Shown piece after piece: positions 1 through 9,023 of a stretch of DNA of 64,000 bases. Positions within the stretch are counted from its first letter, which is position 1. The number at the start of each line of letters is the position of its first letter. The position numbers and the translations under genes were made by a program. The DNA comes from Candidatus Bathyarchaeota archaeon (GTDB taxonomy: Archaea; Thermoproteota; Bathyarchaeia; Bathyarchaeales; Bathycorpusculaceae), in NCBI GenBank assembly GCA_963827165.1, contig CAWGZR010000010.1, forward strand, positions 288,001-352,000, given 5' to 3'. A model generated the notes under the pieces. That model saw only the letters and a program-made list of their open reading frames with translations, searched no databases and was not told the DNA's origin.

Positions 1-2
1 AA

Positions 3-158
3 GAACTATGGGTAACATATCCTCTCTGTGTTTTGGTTTATTGTGTTTGGGCGCAGAGATACCCGATAGAGGTAGAAGCGTCTGTGGAAAGAGCAGACTT
101 TGAAGGAATTGCAAAAGTAACGTTACTAGTCAAGGAAAATGAGATCGAATTTAACTGA
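3..158 (+). CDS. 3' end of a possible hypothetical protein (truncated by window start)
   Basis: Frame 3 is open from the window start to TGA at 156-158 (...EASVERADFEGIAKVTLLVKENEIEFN*); no family recognised. Confidence 0.3.
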   Translation, partial: ELWVTYPLCVLVYCVWAQRYPIEVEASVERADFEGIAKVTLLVKENEIEFN

Positions 159-393
159 GGCAGTTAAAATGATGAAGTGCCAGTTGAGTCAAAACCCCAC
201 TTTACACCATACGCCTCCTCTTTCAATGTTACTTTGACGTTATCTCAGCAACATTGGACTTTTCCAAGGGCGAATTGATGCCCAGTAGAGCGTGTTCCCC
301 AACTGGCAAAATATACATTCACAACGATAGAATATAACATTATGTTGTCACCTAAAAGCTACAAAAAGAAAAGACACCAGCTAACATGCATGC

Positions 394-406
394 AAAAAAC
401 TTAAAC
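394..406 (+). promoter_or_regulatory. Putative BRE/TATA promoter of tRNA-Leu
   Basis: aaaaaacttaaac lies about 30 nt upstream of the tRNA 5' end. Confidence 0.45.
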
Positions 407-435
407 AAGACAATGTTGACTGTATCGATACTGGT

Positions 436-561
436 GCCGGGGTATCCGAGCCAGGTCTAAATAGGTGGCCAGATAAAGAAAATTTACACCTAAGATATGG
501 AGGAGGACTTAAGATCCTCTGGCTAAGGCCTTCGTGGGTTCAAGTCCCACCCCCGGCACCA
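436..561 (+). tRNA. tRNA-Leu(TAA) with a 38-nt non-canonical D-arm intron (461-498) and encoded CCA
   Basis: Acceptor GCCGGGG/CCCCGGC + ACCA; anticodon arm GAGGA-CTTAAGA-TCCTC; long variable arm; T-arm GTGGG-TTCAAGT-CCCAC; BHB-like motif (GTCT/AGAT helix, AAA bulge, TAGGTG/CACCTA stem). Confidence 0.93.
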
Positions 562-681
562 CTATGTTGAAAACCACTGGGGGTTTGTCCAGGCACAGGC
601 GCGCAATAGACATGATTTCACCCAATTTTGCGACCATAAGAGTAAAGCCTGAGCTTAGATACTTAGTTAAGAGGGGTAATT

Positions 682-1155
682 TTATTTGCTGATTAGTACA
701 GCGCATTTTGCTTGGTGGGCAACCCGCTCGCTCGTACTGCCAAGAAATAGCTCTTTGATTTTGCTATCTCCCCTGTGACCAATGACTATTAGGTCAAATT
801 CTTCGTTTTTTGCTGTTTCAACTATCTGTAATGACGCGTCTCCTTCTTTTAGTTCTGAGGTGATTTTTAGAGTAGGCTTTAGCTTAGTTGCTCTTTCGAT
901 TGCAATAGACAAAATTTTCTCATGCACTTTTTTAAATTCATTAATAATCGAGTTATAGCCCATTGTCTCTTGAGGCGGTCCAGACGCTTGAGACTGCTGA
1001 AACATGCTAAAGTTATATTCAAACTCTGGTGGCAACTGAAAAACGTTCAATATTAAAACAGATGCAGAAAACTTATCGGCTATTTCAAGAGCTCTATCTA
1101 AAGCCTTTTCCGAGTTTTCAGAACCATCCACACCGACTAAAATTTTTGTTATCAA
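682..1155 (-). CDS. Universal stress protein (UspA family)
   Basis: KILVGVDGSENS...DLIVIGHRG...LFLGSTSERVAHQAKCAVL motifs. Confidence 0.95.
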   Translation of the reverse strand: MITKILVGVDGSENSEKALDRALEIADKFSASVLILNVFQLPPEFEYNFSMFQQSQASGPPQETMGYNSIINEFKKVHEKILSIAIERATKLKPTLKITSELKEGDASLQIVETAKNEEFDLIVIGHRGDSKIKELFLGSTSERVAHQAKCAVLISK

Positions 1156-1401
1156 AATTAAATCCTTCTAAGCTTAATTTATGCGATTTAAGTTCATAGA
1201 CTTTTCGTGTGTGCGAGTTGACCATAATTTTAGAGATTACTCTTCAGTTTCTTACCCAAAAAGGAAATTAGTCAAAAAAAAAAATAAGGGCGGCTTCTGA
1301 CCGTTGGGTTTCCATAGAAAGCCGTTTGGTTCTAAATTTAAAATAGTGTTGCAGGTTGATTCTGGGGAATCCCATAGAATAAGGCATGGGGCAACGTTTT
1401 A

Positions 1402-2280
1402 GTGCCTAAACCGCGCACACTACACTTGATCATCGTGCAGACACCCAAGTACCACATCTATATCGAGTATAGTGAGCCTGACAAGTCCGGCTTTCGCTTC
1501 AACGTTTCCCACGTAGAACTAATAGGAAAAATCCAAGAACCTTTCGCCAACTGCGAACCTTTCTGGTTTATGGGACGTCTCCTCAACCCAATCAAAGTTG
1601 CCAAAATCGTTATCTTTTGGTCCTACCTAACAGCTGACCAGCTGCATTTACCTAACAATGAAAGTCTCATAGCAGCTAAAGACAAAAAATACCTCATCGA
1701 CAACCTCCTCAAAGGAAAAGTTAAAGGCGTTTACCTATGCACCGAGGAATTTGTGGCCGTGACCCAAAAAAAATCGGCCCTATCCCCACAAGCTCAACCG
1801 GTAGTCTTCACTCCAAATGGCATACCACGGCGAATTGTCGTTGTTTCTGGAACAGATGAAATAATGAAGCAAACCATCACTGGAGCTTTGAGAAAACTCG
1901 GCCTCGCCGCCTTAATTATGAGTGAAGAACCCGGCCAAGGCAAAAAAATCGTCGACCGCTTCGCAGACTACACCGATGTGGACTTTGCTTTGGTGTTGCT
2001 TTCGCCTGACATTTACGTTTACCCTAAGGGAGAAGAAGCGACGAAACGCGAACGAATCCCAAAGCAAGATGTGACTTTAATGTTTGGCTTCCTATTAGGG
2101 AAACTTGGAAAGGATAAAGTACTTGCCTTCTATAGGGAAAGCCCAAACTTCGCCATTCCAATAGATTTCGAAGGCGTCAAATTCACAGCCCTAGACGACC
2201 GCGATAGTTGGAAACTTACCCTCATACGAGAACTCACCAACTGCGGCTATACGGTTGATGCTGAGAGACTTTTAAGGTAA
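1402..2280 (+). CDS. Unknown N-terminal domain + Cap12/Pycsar-type TIR domain (catalytic Glu absent)
   Basis: C-terminal half follows the family pattern (LGLAALIMSEEPGQGKKIVDRF..TDVDFALVLLSPD...GFLLGKLGKDKV...SWKLTLIREL). Confidence 0.8.
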   Translation: MPKPRTLHLIIVQTPKYHIYIEYSEPDKSGFRFNVSHVELIGKIQEPFANCEPFWFMGRLLNPIKVAKIVIFWSYLTADQLHLPNNESLIAAKDKKYLIDNLLKGKVKGVYLCTEEFVAVTQKKSALSPQAQPVVFTPNGIPRRIVVVSGTDEIMKQTITGALRKLGLAALIMSEEPGQGKKIVDRFADYTDVDFALVLLSPDIYVYPKGEEATKRERIPKQDVTLMFGFLLGKLGKDKVLAFYRESPNFAIPIDFEGVKFTALDDRDSWKLTLIRELTNCGYTVDAERLLR

Positions 2281-2337
2281 GATCGCAAATACTACAGAAC
2301 TATATATCAGCGCAAATCTAACAAAAAACAGCAAAGC

Positions 2338-2417
2338 GCGGTTATAATATAGTTCGGCAGGATGTCAGCTTCAACTTCCCCAAGCTGAGTACTTTGTTCA
2401 AGTCCCACCTATCGCCA
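2338..2417 (+). pseudogene. Degenerate tRNA-Gly(CCC)-like sequence
   Basis: GCGGTTATAATATAGTTCGGCAGGATG, anticodon stem TCAGC/GCTGA around an enlarged loop ending CCCCAA, T-loop GTTCAAGT, 3' TATCGCCA; T-stem broken; TATA-like tatatat at 2301-2307. Confidence 0.6.
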
Positions 2418-2603
2418 AAAAAAACTTCTCTAATCGGGGGATTAGAAAATGTTAGATCTGAGTTAGTATTAGTATTTTGTTGGAGAGTAAATCCCTATAG
2501 TTCTACCCAACCACACTGATATGCCACGTACCGATCTGAACTCAAATAATTCTTCTTTCTAAGCCTGAAGCTGAAACGAGACAGCTGCACGTTACATATT
2601 CAC

Positions 2604-2858
2604 CTAAAACTGGTATTCGTTTATGGATTTCAGGATCAATTGTATGAGGATATCTTCTTTTAATCGTTGGCCTGTGACTCTTTTATGCTCAATTAAATGT
2701 GCTTGTATTGCTTTGTCCATTTCAACTAAATCTGGAACAATTAAAATGTGGGTTCCGCATGAGCACTTGATAACGGGCATTCCCTCGGTTTCTTTAGAGT
2801 AGGCAAAAGGATTCACTATCTCGGTTTTATGTTGATTGTTAGTTTTCAATTTTATCAC
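2604..2858 (-). CDS. Small CxC...HxxxH putative zinc-binding protein (paralog of 30637..30885)
   Basis: MPVIKCSCGTHILIVPDLVEMDKAIQAHLIEH aligns with the second copy in this window. Confidence 0.75.
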   Translation of the reverse strand: MIKLKTNNQHKTEIVNPFAYSKETEGMPVIKCSCGTHILIVPDLVEMDKAIQAHLIEHKRVTGQRLKEDILIQLILKSINEYQF

Positions 2859-3276
2859 CCTAAGGTTAGGAACAAATATTCTGTATTCAGACTGAAGTCA
2901 TCACCTAAGATAACATTTTTTGAAAAGGCCAATTAACCTGTTTAGCAGGGTAGACTTCGCAAGTTTGTGAAGCCAACTTAACAAATCTTGTCACGCGTGC
3001 TTCCCAAACAAGCTTAAATGTTATCTGTTGATTGAGTATCAGACGGTTAATGGTTCGCTCATGATTTATCCTTCTCCACGCTCATGAAAGAAGTTTTGAA
3101 CCCTTAACCTACCCCCTTTAGATTTCTGAAAATAACCAAATTGGGACCAACAATCAAAGCTGACACTGTTTTCGGTTTGGAGAACACTTGACCAGAGGAT
3201 TTACCTTTGACTCTGAGCGGTTAATGTTTAAAAGGTGCTACTAAATTGTTTTAGCAGCTACTTTGCGGTTGATTTG

Positions 3277-5874
3277 ATGGCGGATAACCAAGAGTTTCTG
3301 TCTTTGCCTGCTGACGATGTTTTAGCTAAGCTAAAGACGACTCAGTCTGGGCTGTCCTCGCAGGAAGTTCAAAGCCGCCTAGCAACCTATGGACCGAACG
3401 AGCTAGCCGAGAAGCAGAAACGCACGGGCCTCGTTGAAATCCTATACCACCTCCGAAACCCACTTGTCCTAATCCTGATTATTGCAGCTCTGATCTCTGG
3501 GGTTGTGGCGCATGACGTAAGCACCGCCGCCATAATCATCTTCATCGTTATGCTCAGCATATCCTTGGATGTATATCAAGAATCCAAGGCGGAAAACGCT
3601 GCTGAAGCGCTTAAAGAAAGAGTAACAACAAAAGCAACTGTTCTAAGAGACGGCACTAAACAGGAAGTGAAGGTTGCCGACGTTGTACCAGGAGATATAG
3701 TTTACCTAATCGCGGGGGACCTTGTTCCCGCAGATTGTCGATTAATAAGCGCCAAAGATTTGAATCTTAATCAGTCGGCTTTGACGGGTGAAGCGTTTCC
3801 AGTTGAAAAGAACGCCGCTCCACTTTCAACCGTTACTTCTGAGCTTACGGGCTGGAACAACTACGTTTTTTTGGGAACCTCAGTGGTTAGCGGAACTGGA
3901 ACAGCCGTTGTGGTTCAGACCGGAAGCCTAACCGAGTACGGTGGAATCGCTAAGGAGCTTGTGTCTAAAGCGCCTGAGACCGAGTTTGAGAAAGGACTAA
4001 GGCGATTCGGAGCCTTAATGACTGAGGTAACGCTTTTTTTGGTTGTTTTCGTGTTTTTCGTGAACGCGTTTTTCTATTCGGGTTCGCGCAGTATTTTGGA
4101 TTCTTTGCTTTTCGCTGTAGCCCTCGCAGTGGGGTTGACACCGGAGCTTTTGCCCATGATAATGTCGATTAACCTTTCCAGAGGCGCCGTGGCCATGTCT
4201 CAAAAAGGTGTTATTGTGAAACGGCTGGCGTCGATTCAAAACTTCGGCAACATGGATGTTTTATGCACGGACAAAACAGGCACGCTTACAGAAAACAAAC
4301 TCACATTAAATGCTTATGAGGATTTAGATGGGAAACAAGCTGAAAAAGTCCTAACGTACGGTTATTTCAACTGTGTATTTGAAGCAGGAATAAAAAGTTC
4401 TTTGGACGACGCCGTGCTCCAGTACAAGCAGTTTGACGTGTCGGGCATTAGCAAAATTGATGAAATACCGTTTGACTTTATTCGTAGGCGAGTTTCAGTA
4501 GTGGTCGAGTACCAGGGACAGAGATTTGTGATTTCAAAAGGGGCTCCCGAAGAAATCCTGAAGATCTGTGCCTACTGTGAAACTAATGAAGTCCTCACCG
4601 ACTTGGCAAATGTATGCCAAAGCCAGTTTGAGCAAAGATACAATGACCTCAGCGCCAAAGGATACAGGGTTTTAGCCGTCGCATACAAGAAAGTAGCTGC
4701 CGACAAAACACACTACACAATCACCGACGAAACCGACATGGTCTTTGTGGGTTTCCTCTCCTTCCTCGACCCGCCTAAAGAAAGCGCTAAGGAATCGATC
4801 GGTTTGCTGGCCCGAGATGGCGTGGAACTCAAAATAGTTACTGGAGATAACGAGTTAGTCACGAAAACAACTTGCGAACAATTGGGCTTCACCATTAAAG
4901 GAATCGTTCTAGGAAACCAAATTGCTCAACTACCCGACGATGCATTGGCGCGGGTTGTAGAGGACAACAACATTTTTGCCCGTGTGAATCCCGCCCAAAA
5001 AGACAGGGTCATCAAGGCTCTTCGTTCGAACGGGCACGTGGTGGGATATATGGGCGACGGCATCAACGACGCTCCATCCCTGAAAACAGCGGATGTAGGC
5101 ATCTCGGTGGAGAACGCCGTCGACGTTGCAAAAGAATCTGCTGACCTAATTTTGTTGCGACCCGACCTAACCGTGCTTGACCAGGGAGTTTTGGAAGGCC
5201 GCAAAACCTTCGGCAACACCATGAAATACATTATGATGGGTGTCAGCTCGAACTTTGGCACAATGTTCAGCGTCGCTGGAGCCTCTCTGTTTCTGAGTTT
5301 CCTACCCATGACGGCTATACAGATTCTATTAAACAATCTTCTCTATGACCTTTCCGAAGCTACAATACCCACAGACAACGTGGATGAAGAGTACATTGAG
5401 AAACCCAAGCGACTCGACATCTCATACATACGGAGGTTCATGGTGATCATGGGCCCAGTAAGCTCCATTTTCGACTTCGTAACCTTCTTTTTGCTGCTGG
5501 TAGTGTTCAAAGCTGCAGTTCCTGCGTTCCAAACCGCATGGTTCATCGAGTCTCTTGCAACACAAACATTTGTGGTTTTTGTGCTAAGAACCAGAAAGTC
5601 ACCATTTTATAAGAGCAAACCCGGCAAGTATCTGGTGATTAGCAGCTTATCCGTAATCGCCGTCGCTTTCATCATTCCATACACGCCTCTTAGCCAACTA
5701 TTCGGGTTCACGCCGCCTCCTACCATGTTCTACCTCGCCCTAATAGGACTAATAGCGGGCTACGTAATCCTTGTTGAAGGCGTCAAAAAATGGTTCATCA
5801 AACGCTACTCATACCTACTCGAACAAAGCTACGTTACAAAAAAAGTGAAGCCCAAAAGACAATCAGTAAGTTAA
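3277..5874 (+). CDS. mgtA: Mg2+-translocating P-type ATPase
   Basis: LTGE, PELLP, DKTGTLT, KGAPE, GDGINDAP, SSNFG, QILLNNLLYD motifs; likely start ATG 3277. Confidence 0.95.
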   Translation: MADNQEFLSLPADDVLAKLKTTQSGLSSQEVQSRLATYGPNELAEKQKRTGLVEILYHLRNPLVLILIIAALISGVVAHDVSTAAIIIFIVMLSISLDVYQESKAENAAEALKERVTTKATVLRDGTKQEVKVADVVPGDIVYLIAGDLVPADCRLISAKDLNLNQSALTGEAFPVEKNAAPLSTVTSELTGWNNYVFLGTSVVSGTGTAVVVQTGSLTEYGGIAKELVSKAPETEFEKGLRRFGALMTEVTLFLVVFVFFVNAFFYSGSRSILDSLLFAVALAVGLTPELLPMIMSINLSRGAVAMSQKGVIVKRLASIQNFGNMDVLCTDKTGTLTENKLTLNAYEDLDGKQAEKVLTYGYFNCVFEAGIKSSLDDAVLQYKQFDVSGISKIDEIPFDFIRRRVSVVVEYQGQRFVISKGAPEEILKICAYCETNEVLTDLANVCQSQFEQRYNDLSAKGYRVLAVAYKKVAADKTHYTITDETDMVFVGFLSFLDPPKESAKESIGLLARDGVELKIVTGDNELVTKTTCEQLGFTIKGIVLGNQIAQLPDDALARVVEDNNIFARVNPAQKDRVIKALRSNGHVVGYMGDGINDAPSLKTADVGISVENAVDVAKESADLILLRPDLTVLDQGVLEGRKTFGNTMKYIMMGVSSNFGTMFSVAGASLFLSFLPMTAIQILLNNLLYDLSEATIPTDNVDEEYIEKPKRLDISYIRRFMVIMGPVSSIFDFVTFFLLLVVFKAAVPAFQTAWFIESLATQTFVVFVLRTRKSPFYKSKPGKYLVISSLSVIAVAFIIPYTPLSQLFGFTPPPTMFYLALIGLIAGYVILVEGVKKWFIKRYSYLLEQSYVTKKVKPKRQSVS

Positions 5875-6171
5875 CTTCGACCTTTTCCAAGTTTTTCAGA
5901 GAAGAAAGGTTTCCTCGTGACTCCAAAAGAAATTTTTTGAGAAAAGCTAAATCAAATTTCTGCTTTACATACGTACGTATAAATTGAAAATTTTAAAACA
6001 GATTTACGTTTTTTTAGGACCAAAAAAATGAAATTTAAGAGCAAAATTCTTTACAAATCCTCAGGAGTTTTTGTGGTTGTGTCGACATACGCACATATCT
6101 TTTTATGATCTGCTCAAATTAAATAAACAAACTGCCTAACATGGTGATAAATTATCGAAAAGTGTTTTCTA

Positions 6172-6297
6172 ATGGTTGAATGCCCTAACTGCGGTAGCAA
6201 GGTCAATGCGCCAGAAAAGAAAATAGAAAACCACGTTTTCTGTTTAGCAATTTACAGTTGTCCCAAATGCGGAAACCGTTTTAAAGTGTCATGTTAA
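6172..6297 (+). CDS. 41-aa zinc-ribbon microprotein (below ORF-track cutoff)
   Basis: MVECPNCGSKVNAPEKKIENHVFCLAIYSCPKCGNRFKVSC* with two CPxCG knuckles, followed by a T-run. Confidence 0.7.
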   Translation: MVECPNCGSKVNAPEKKIENHVFCLAIYSCPKCGNRFKVSC

Positions 6298-6440
6298 TTT
6301 TTTTTGAGCCATTTTTTGGAGTATGCTAAAACCCAGTTGGCGACTCAGCACTTGTAGTATCATGTTGAAACAACATCGACTTATATCGTTTTATTTCATA
6401 CTTAGTTATCAGTGATGAAGGAATAACTAAGGGCCAACTT

Positions 6441-6536
6441 GTTGAGCGGGTCTGGCAGCTAAAGGCTTGATGAGGCGTCAGGCGTCCACCACTTTTCCGC
6501 CGCATCGAGGTTAGCGCACGGCTAAATCCGCTTAAC
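6441..6536 (+). ncRNA. Putative structured RNA (long imperfect hairpin)
   Basis: Nested stems 6441-50/6527-36, 6458-62/6511-15, 6466-72/6503-09, 6474-77/6498-6501; G-U pairs favour the + strand; GC-rich within AT-rich intergenic DNA. Confidence 0.4.
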
Positions 6537-6714
6537 CGCAATTTTTCCCCGAGAAGCCAATATCTAATCTTAAAAAGTAAATAGGTTCAACGTTCGAATC
6601 AAAAACAACCCAAAACAAGCTGTTTGAGCTCTCAACGAACTCATTTTTATACCAAAAGCCACCGCAAAAATGGCGGTAAAGCAAATAAGATTAAAAAAGA
6701 AATGTTTGTTGGGT

Positions 6715-7197
6715 TTAAGCTAAGTAGACGGTTACGTTTCCATCTTTGTCTTTGGCTGCGCGCACTTTGATTTTTCTCGGAGGCTTCTCGATGCCTCTAT
6801 TCCAGATTCTTTCATTGAGTTCTTGGCTTATGATGAGCTGAGGCAACTCTTCTTCTTCCTCTTCTTCAGAAACCTTCATTTCCAGTTTCATGTGTTTGGT
6901 GACGAAAATCTTTATCAGCTGCATGGCTCGTGATGCACGTTTGTTCGGCGGCCTAACCAATGCCCTGCCCAAGGGAATCGTATAGGTTTTCTCTTCAACG
7001 ATTTCTTCCTCTTCCTTCTTTTTGCGTTCGGGTTTGGCTTCTTCTTCCGCGGCAATTGCTTCTTCGGGCTTTGCTTCAGCAGTGGGTTCCGCCACTATTT
7101 CTTCTGGGACTTGTTCCTCAACGGTTTCTTCAACTTGTGCCGGCAGCTCTTCTTCTTGAGCAACTGTCTGCTGCTTTTCTTTGTCTTCAACAACCAT
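6715..7197 (-). CDS. rpl31e: Ribosomal protein eL31 with acidic N-terminal extension
   Basis: YTIPL...KRASRAM...NERIWNRGIEKPPRKIKV; conserved gene context. Confidence 0.95.
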   Translation of the reverse strand: MVVEDKEKQQTVAQEEELPAQVEETVEEQVPEEIVAEPTAEAKPEEAIAAEEEAKPERKKKEEEEIVEEKTYTIPLGRALVRPPNKRASRAMQLIKIFVTKHMKLEMKVSEEEEEEELPQLIISQELNERIWNRGIEKPPRKIKVRAAKDKDGNVTVYLA

Positions 7198-7212
7198 ATA
7201 TTCTTACGTCTC

Positions 7213-7371
7213 CTATGCTCTTATTTTTCTTGTTCGCCAATTTCGCCTTTGCTTAGGGTTATTCCTGACTTTGCCGTCAGTTCGGGCAATTACCCATGTT
7301 GGAACGGACGATGCCATTTTGCCAGCTTTGGCTAGCCGAAGTTTTTTGGCTGTTGGTTTAACTCTCGCCAT
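7213..7371 (-). CDS. rpl39e: Ribosomal protein eL39 (52 aa, missing from ORF track)
   Basis: [52 protein letters not shown]; lies between PDCD5 and rpl31e. Confidence 0.95.
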   Translation of the reverse strand: MARVKPTAKKLRLAKAGKMASSVPTWVIARTDGKVRNNPKQRRNWRTRKIRA

Positions 7372-7375
7372 ACTT

Positions 7376-7705
7376 TCATATCCTTCTAATTGTTGGTTCT
7401 CGCTTCCGTGATTGAAGCTGAATTAATATCTGCTTTAGCTGATCGTCGGACAGTGGAATCGGCAGTTTACCCGTTTGCGCCATCTGAATCAGCTGCAATT
7501 CAATTTGCTCCGCAAACTCCTGCTTTACCATTTTGAGGTTGTTGAGCCTTTGTTGAGCCTCAGGAGCCAATATTTTTCTAAGCAGCGCTTGTTTCTGAGA
7601 TTCTATAGATGCTTCTTCTTGGGATTGTCTTTGCTCGTCACTTACCCGACGCTGCATAGACGATAACTTTCGTCTTCGGATTTGGTCAAGCTCTTCATCC
7701 GACAT
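7376..7705 (-). CDS. PDCD5/TFAR19-family DNA-binding protein
   Basis: [12 protein letters not shown]...[17 protein letters not shown]...IELQLIQ; conserved context. Confidence 0.93.
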   Translation of the reverse strand: MSDEELDQIRRRKLSSMQRRVSDEQRQSQEEASIESQKQALLRKILAPEAQQRLNNLKMVKQEFAEQIELQLIQMAQTGKLPIPLSDDQLKQILIQLQSRKREPTIRRI

Positions 7706-7710
7706 TGCTC

Positions 7711-8175
7711 TTATTCGCCTTGATACTTCTTGAGCCCGGGGATAGTCTTAACTACTTCCTTATGCAGGTCTCCAGCGACTTCTTGAAGAAGCTTGCGACC
7801 CTTAGGGGTCATACGTCTACCCTGCGGCTTAGTGGTCTGAACCAAACCGGCAGTTTCAAGCTGCTGCAAAATCTTGCGGATGTTGCTTCCACCGGCTTTG
7901 GTAGCGTGTGACTTTTTGACGCCGTTGTTTTTTCTTCCGCCATAATCAGCCCGCAACTTCTCCAGACCGATTGGACCGTGAACATAAACTTTGCGAAGCA
8001 CAGATGCACTTCTCACGTACCACCAGTTTGGATTCTGCGGCTGCTTTTCAACGTGTGTGCCTGTTTTAGCGAAGGCTGCCCATGGAAGCGGCTGGACTTC
8101 GTCAACGTTTTCTCTAAGATACTTCGCTAAACGATCGATAAATTTCGAAGATGGAACATCGTGAGGAGTAGTCAA
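7711..8175 (-). CDS. rps19e: Ribosomal protein eS19
   Basis: WAAFAKTG..EKQP..NWWYVRSASVLRK...LQQLETAGLV; likely TTG start at 8175. Confidence 0.96.
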   Translation of the reverse strand: MTTPHDVPSSKFIDRLAKYLRENVDEVQPLPWAAFAKTGTHVEKQPQNPNWWYVRSASVLRKVYVHGPIGLEKLRADYGGRKNNGVKKSHATKAGGSNIRKILQQLETAGLVQTTKPQGRRMTPKGRKLLQEVAGDLHKEVVKTIPGLKKYQGE

Positions 8176-8319
8176 GATTACTCTAATCCTTTGTTTTTCC
8201 TTGCAGTAAAACAATGAAGCCAAATATAAATATTATCGGGTCGATTAACCGAGAATATAAGCTCTATAACCAAAAAATAGAAGCTACGCCTTATAAAGGT
8301 CAACAAGAGGGTAAAAATC

Positions 8320-8510
8320 TGGAATACCGCAAATACTTCAATACTTCAAAAGCCAGCGTTGATAAATCAGCTTTAGACCTGGGGCAATATTGCGACTGGA
8401 TAGGCAAGCCTCCGCAGACTTAATTGATGAATACATTGCAGCAAGAACAGACTTTGCGAAACTCCAAGATTGACGCAGAGAAACAGAAAATACAATTTTG
8501 AGATTTTCTT
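8320..8510 (+). pseudogene. Possible remnant of a tyrosine-integrase N-terminal domain
   Basis: Across one frameshift and one stop it reads LDLGQYCDWIGKP-ADLIDEYIAARTDFAKLQD*RRETENTILRF, reminiscent of archaeal integrase N-termini; recognised from memory only. Confidence 0.25.
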
Positions 8511-8813
8511 TTCCTATTTAGGTTTTTGGATTTGAAAATCAAAGTCCACGTTTGCAAGAAATGATTTGATGATTATTTTTTGGTTCTGAGCTTCTTTGTT
8601 TGGATTCATCTGGAAATTCCGAGTTAGTCTTTGGAAAAAAGAGGTATGGAGTAAGTAAGTCGGTGGATAAAGACGTTCTACCCATATTTTCTTGGTTTCA
8701 GACCAGTGCGTTTTAAGGCGCAAATTTGAATGAAAACAGGGTGTTTATTTACAGAATTATTCAGCAAAGTGTTATTAGCTCTGTACGTCCAATGAGCGAG
8801 TTGGGGGAAGCAA

Positions 8814-9023
8814 GTGAATAGAGAAGAGTCAATTTCTCTTTTGAAAGAATTAGGTGCTAATCAGCTTGTCAGCCCTATTTTTGTCAGTATTGAACATAGA
8901 TTCCCTGATATTTACCTATTGAAAATAAAAGGAGATTATGACCTTCCAGCAGTGAAGCTATTTCTTAAGAACAAATTCTCAGTGGAAGAAAACAAAGACT
9001 ACATTGTTATTTCTGAGCTGTAA
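8814..9023 (+). CDS. Small hypothetical protein
   Basis: GGGGGAAG RBS-like sequence before GTG; globular composition. Confidence 0.6.
   Translation: MNREESISLLKELGANQLVSPIFVSIEHRFPDIYLLKIKGDYDLPAVKLFLKNKFSVEENKDYIVISEL

Noticed and set aside
509-706. 65-aa ORF on the minus strand
   Set aside because: Antisense to the tRNA-Leu 3' half (VPGVGLEPT is the typical reverse translation of a tRNA)
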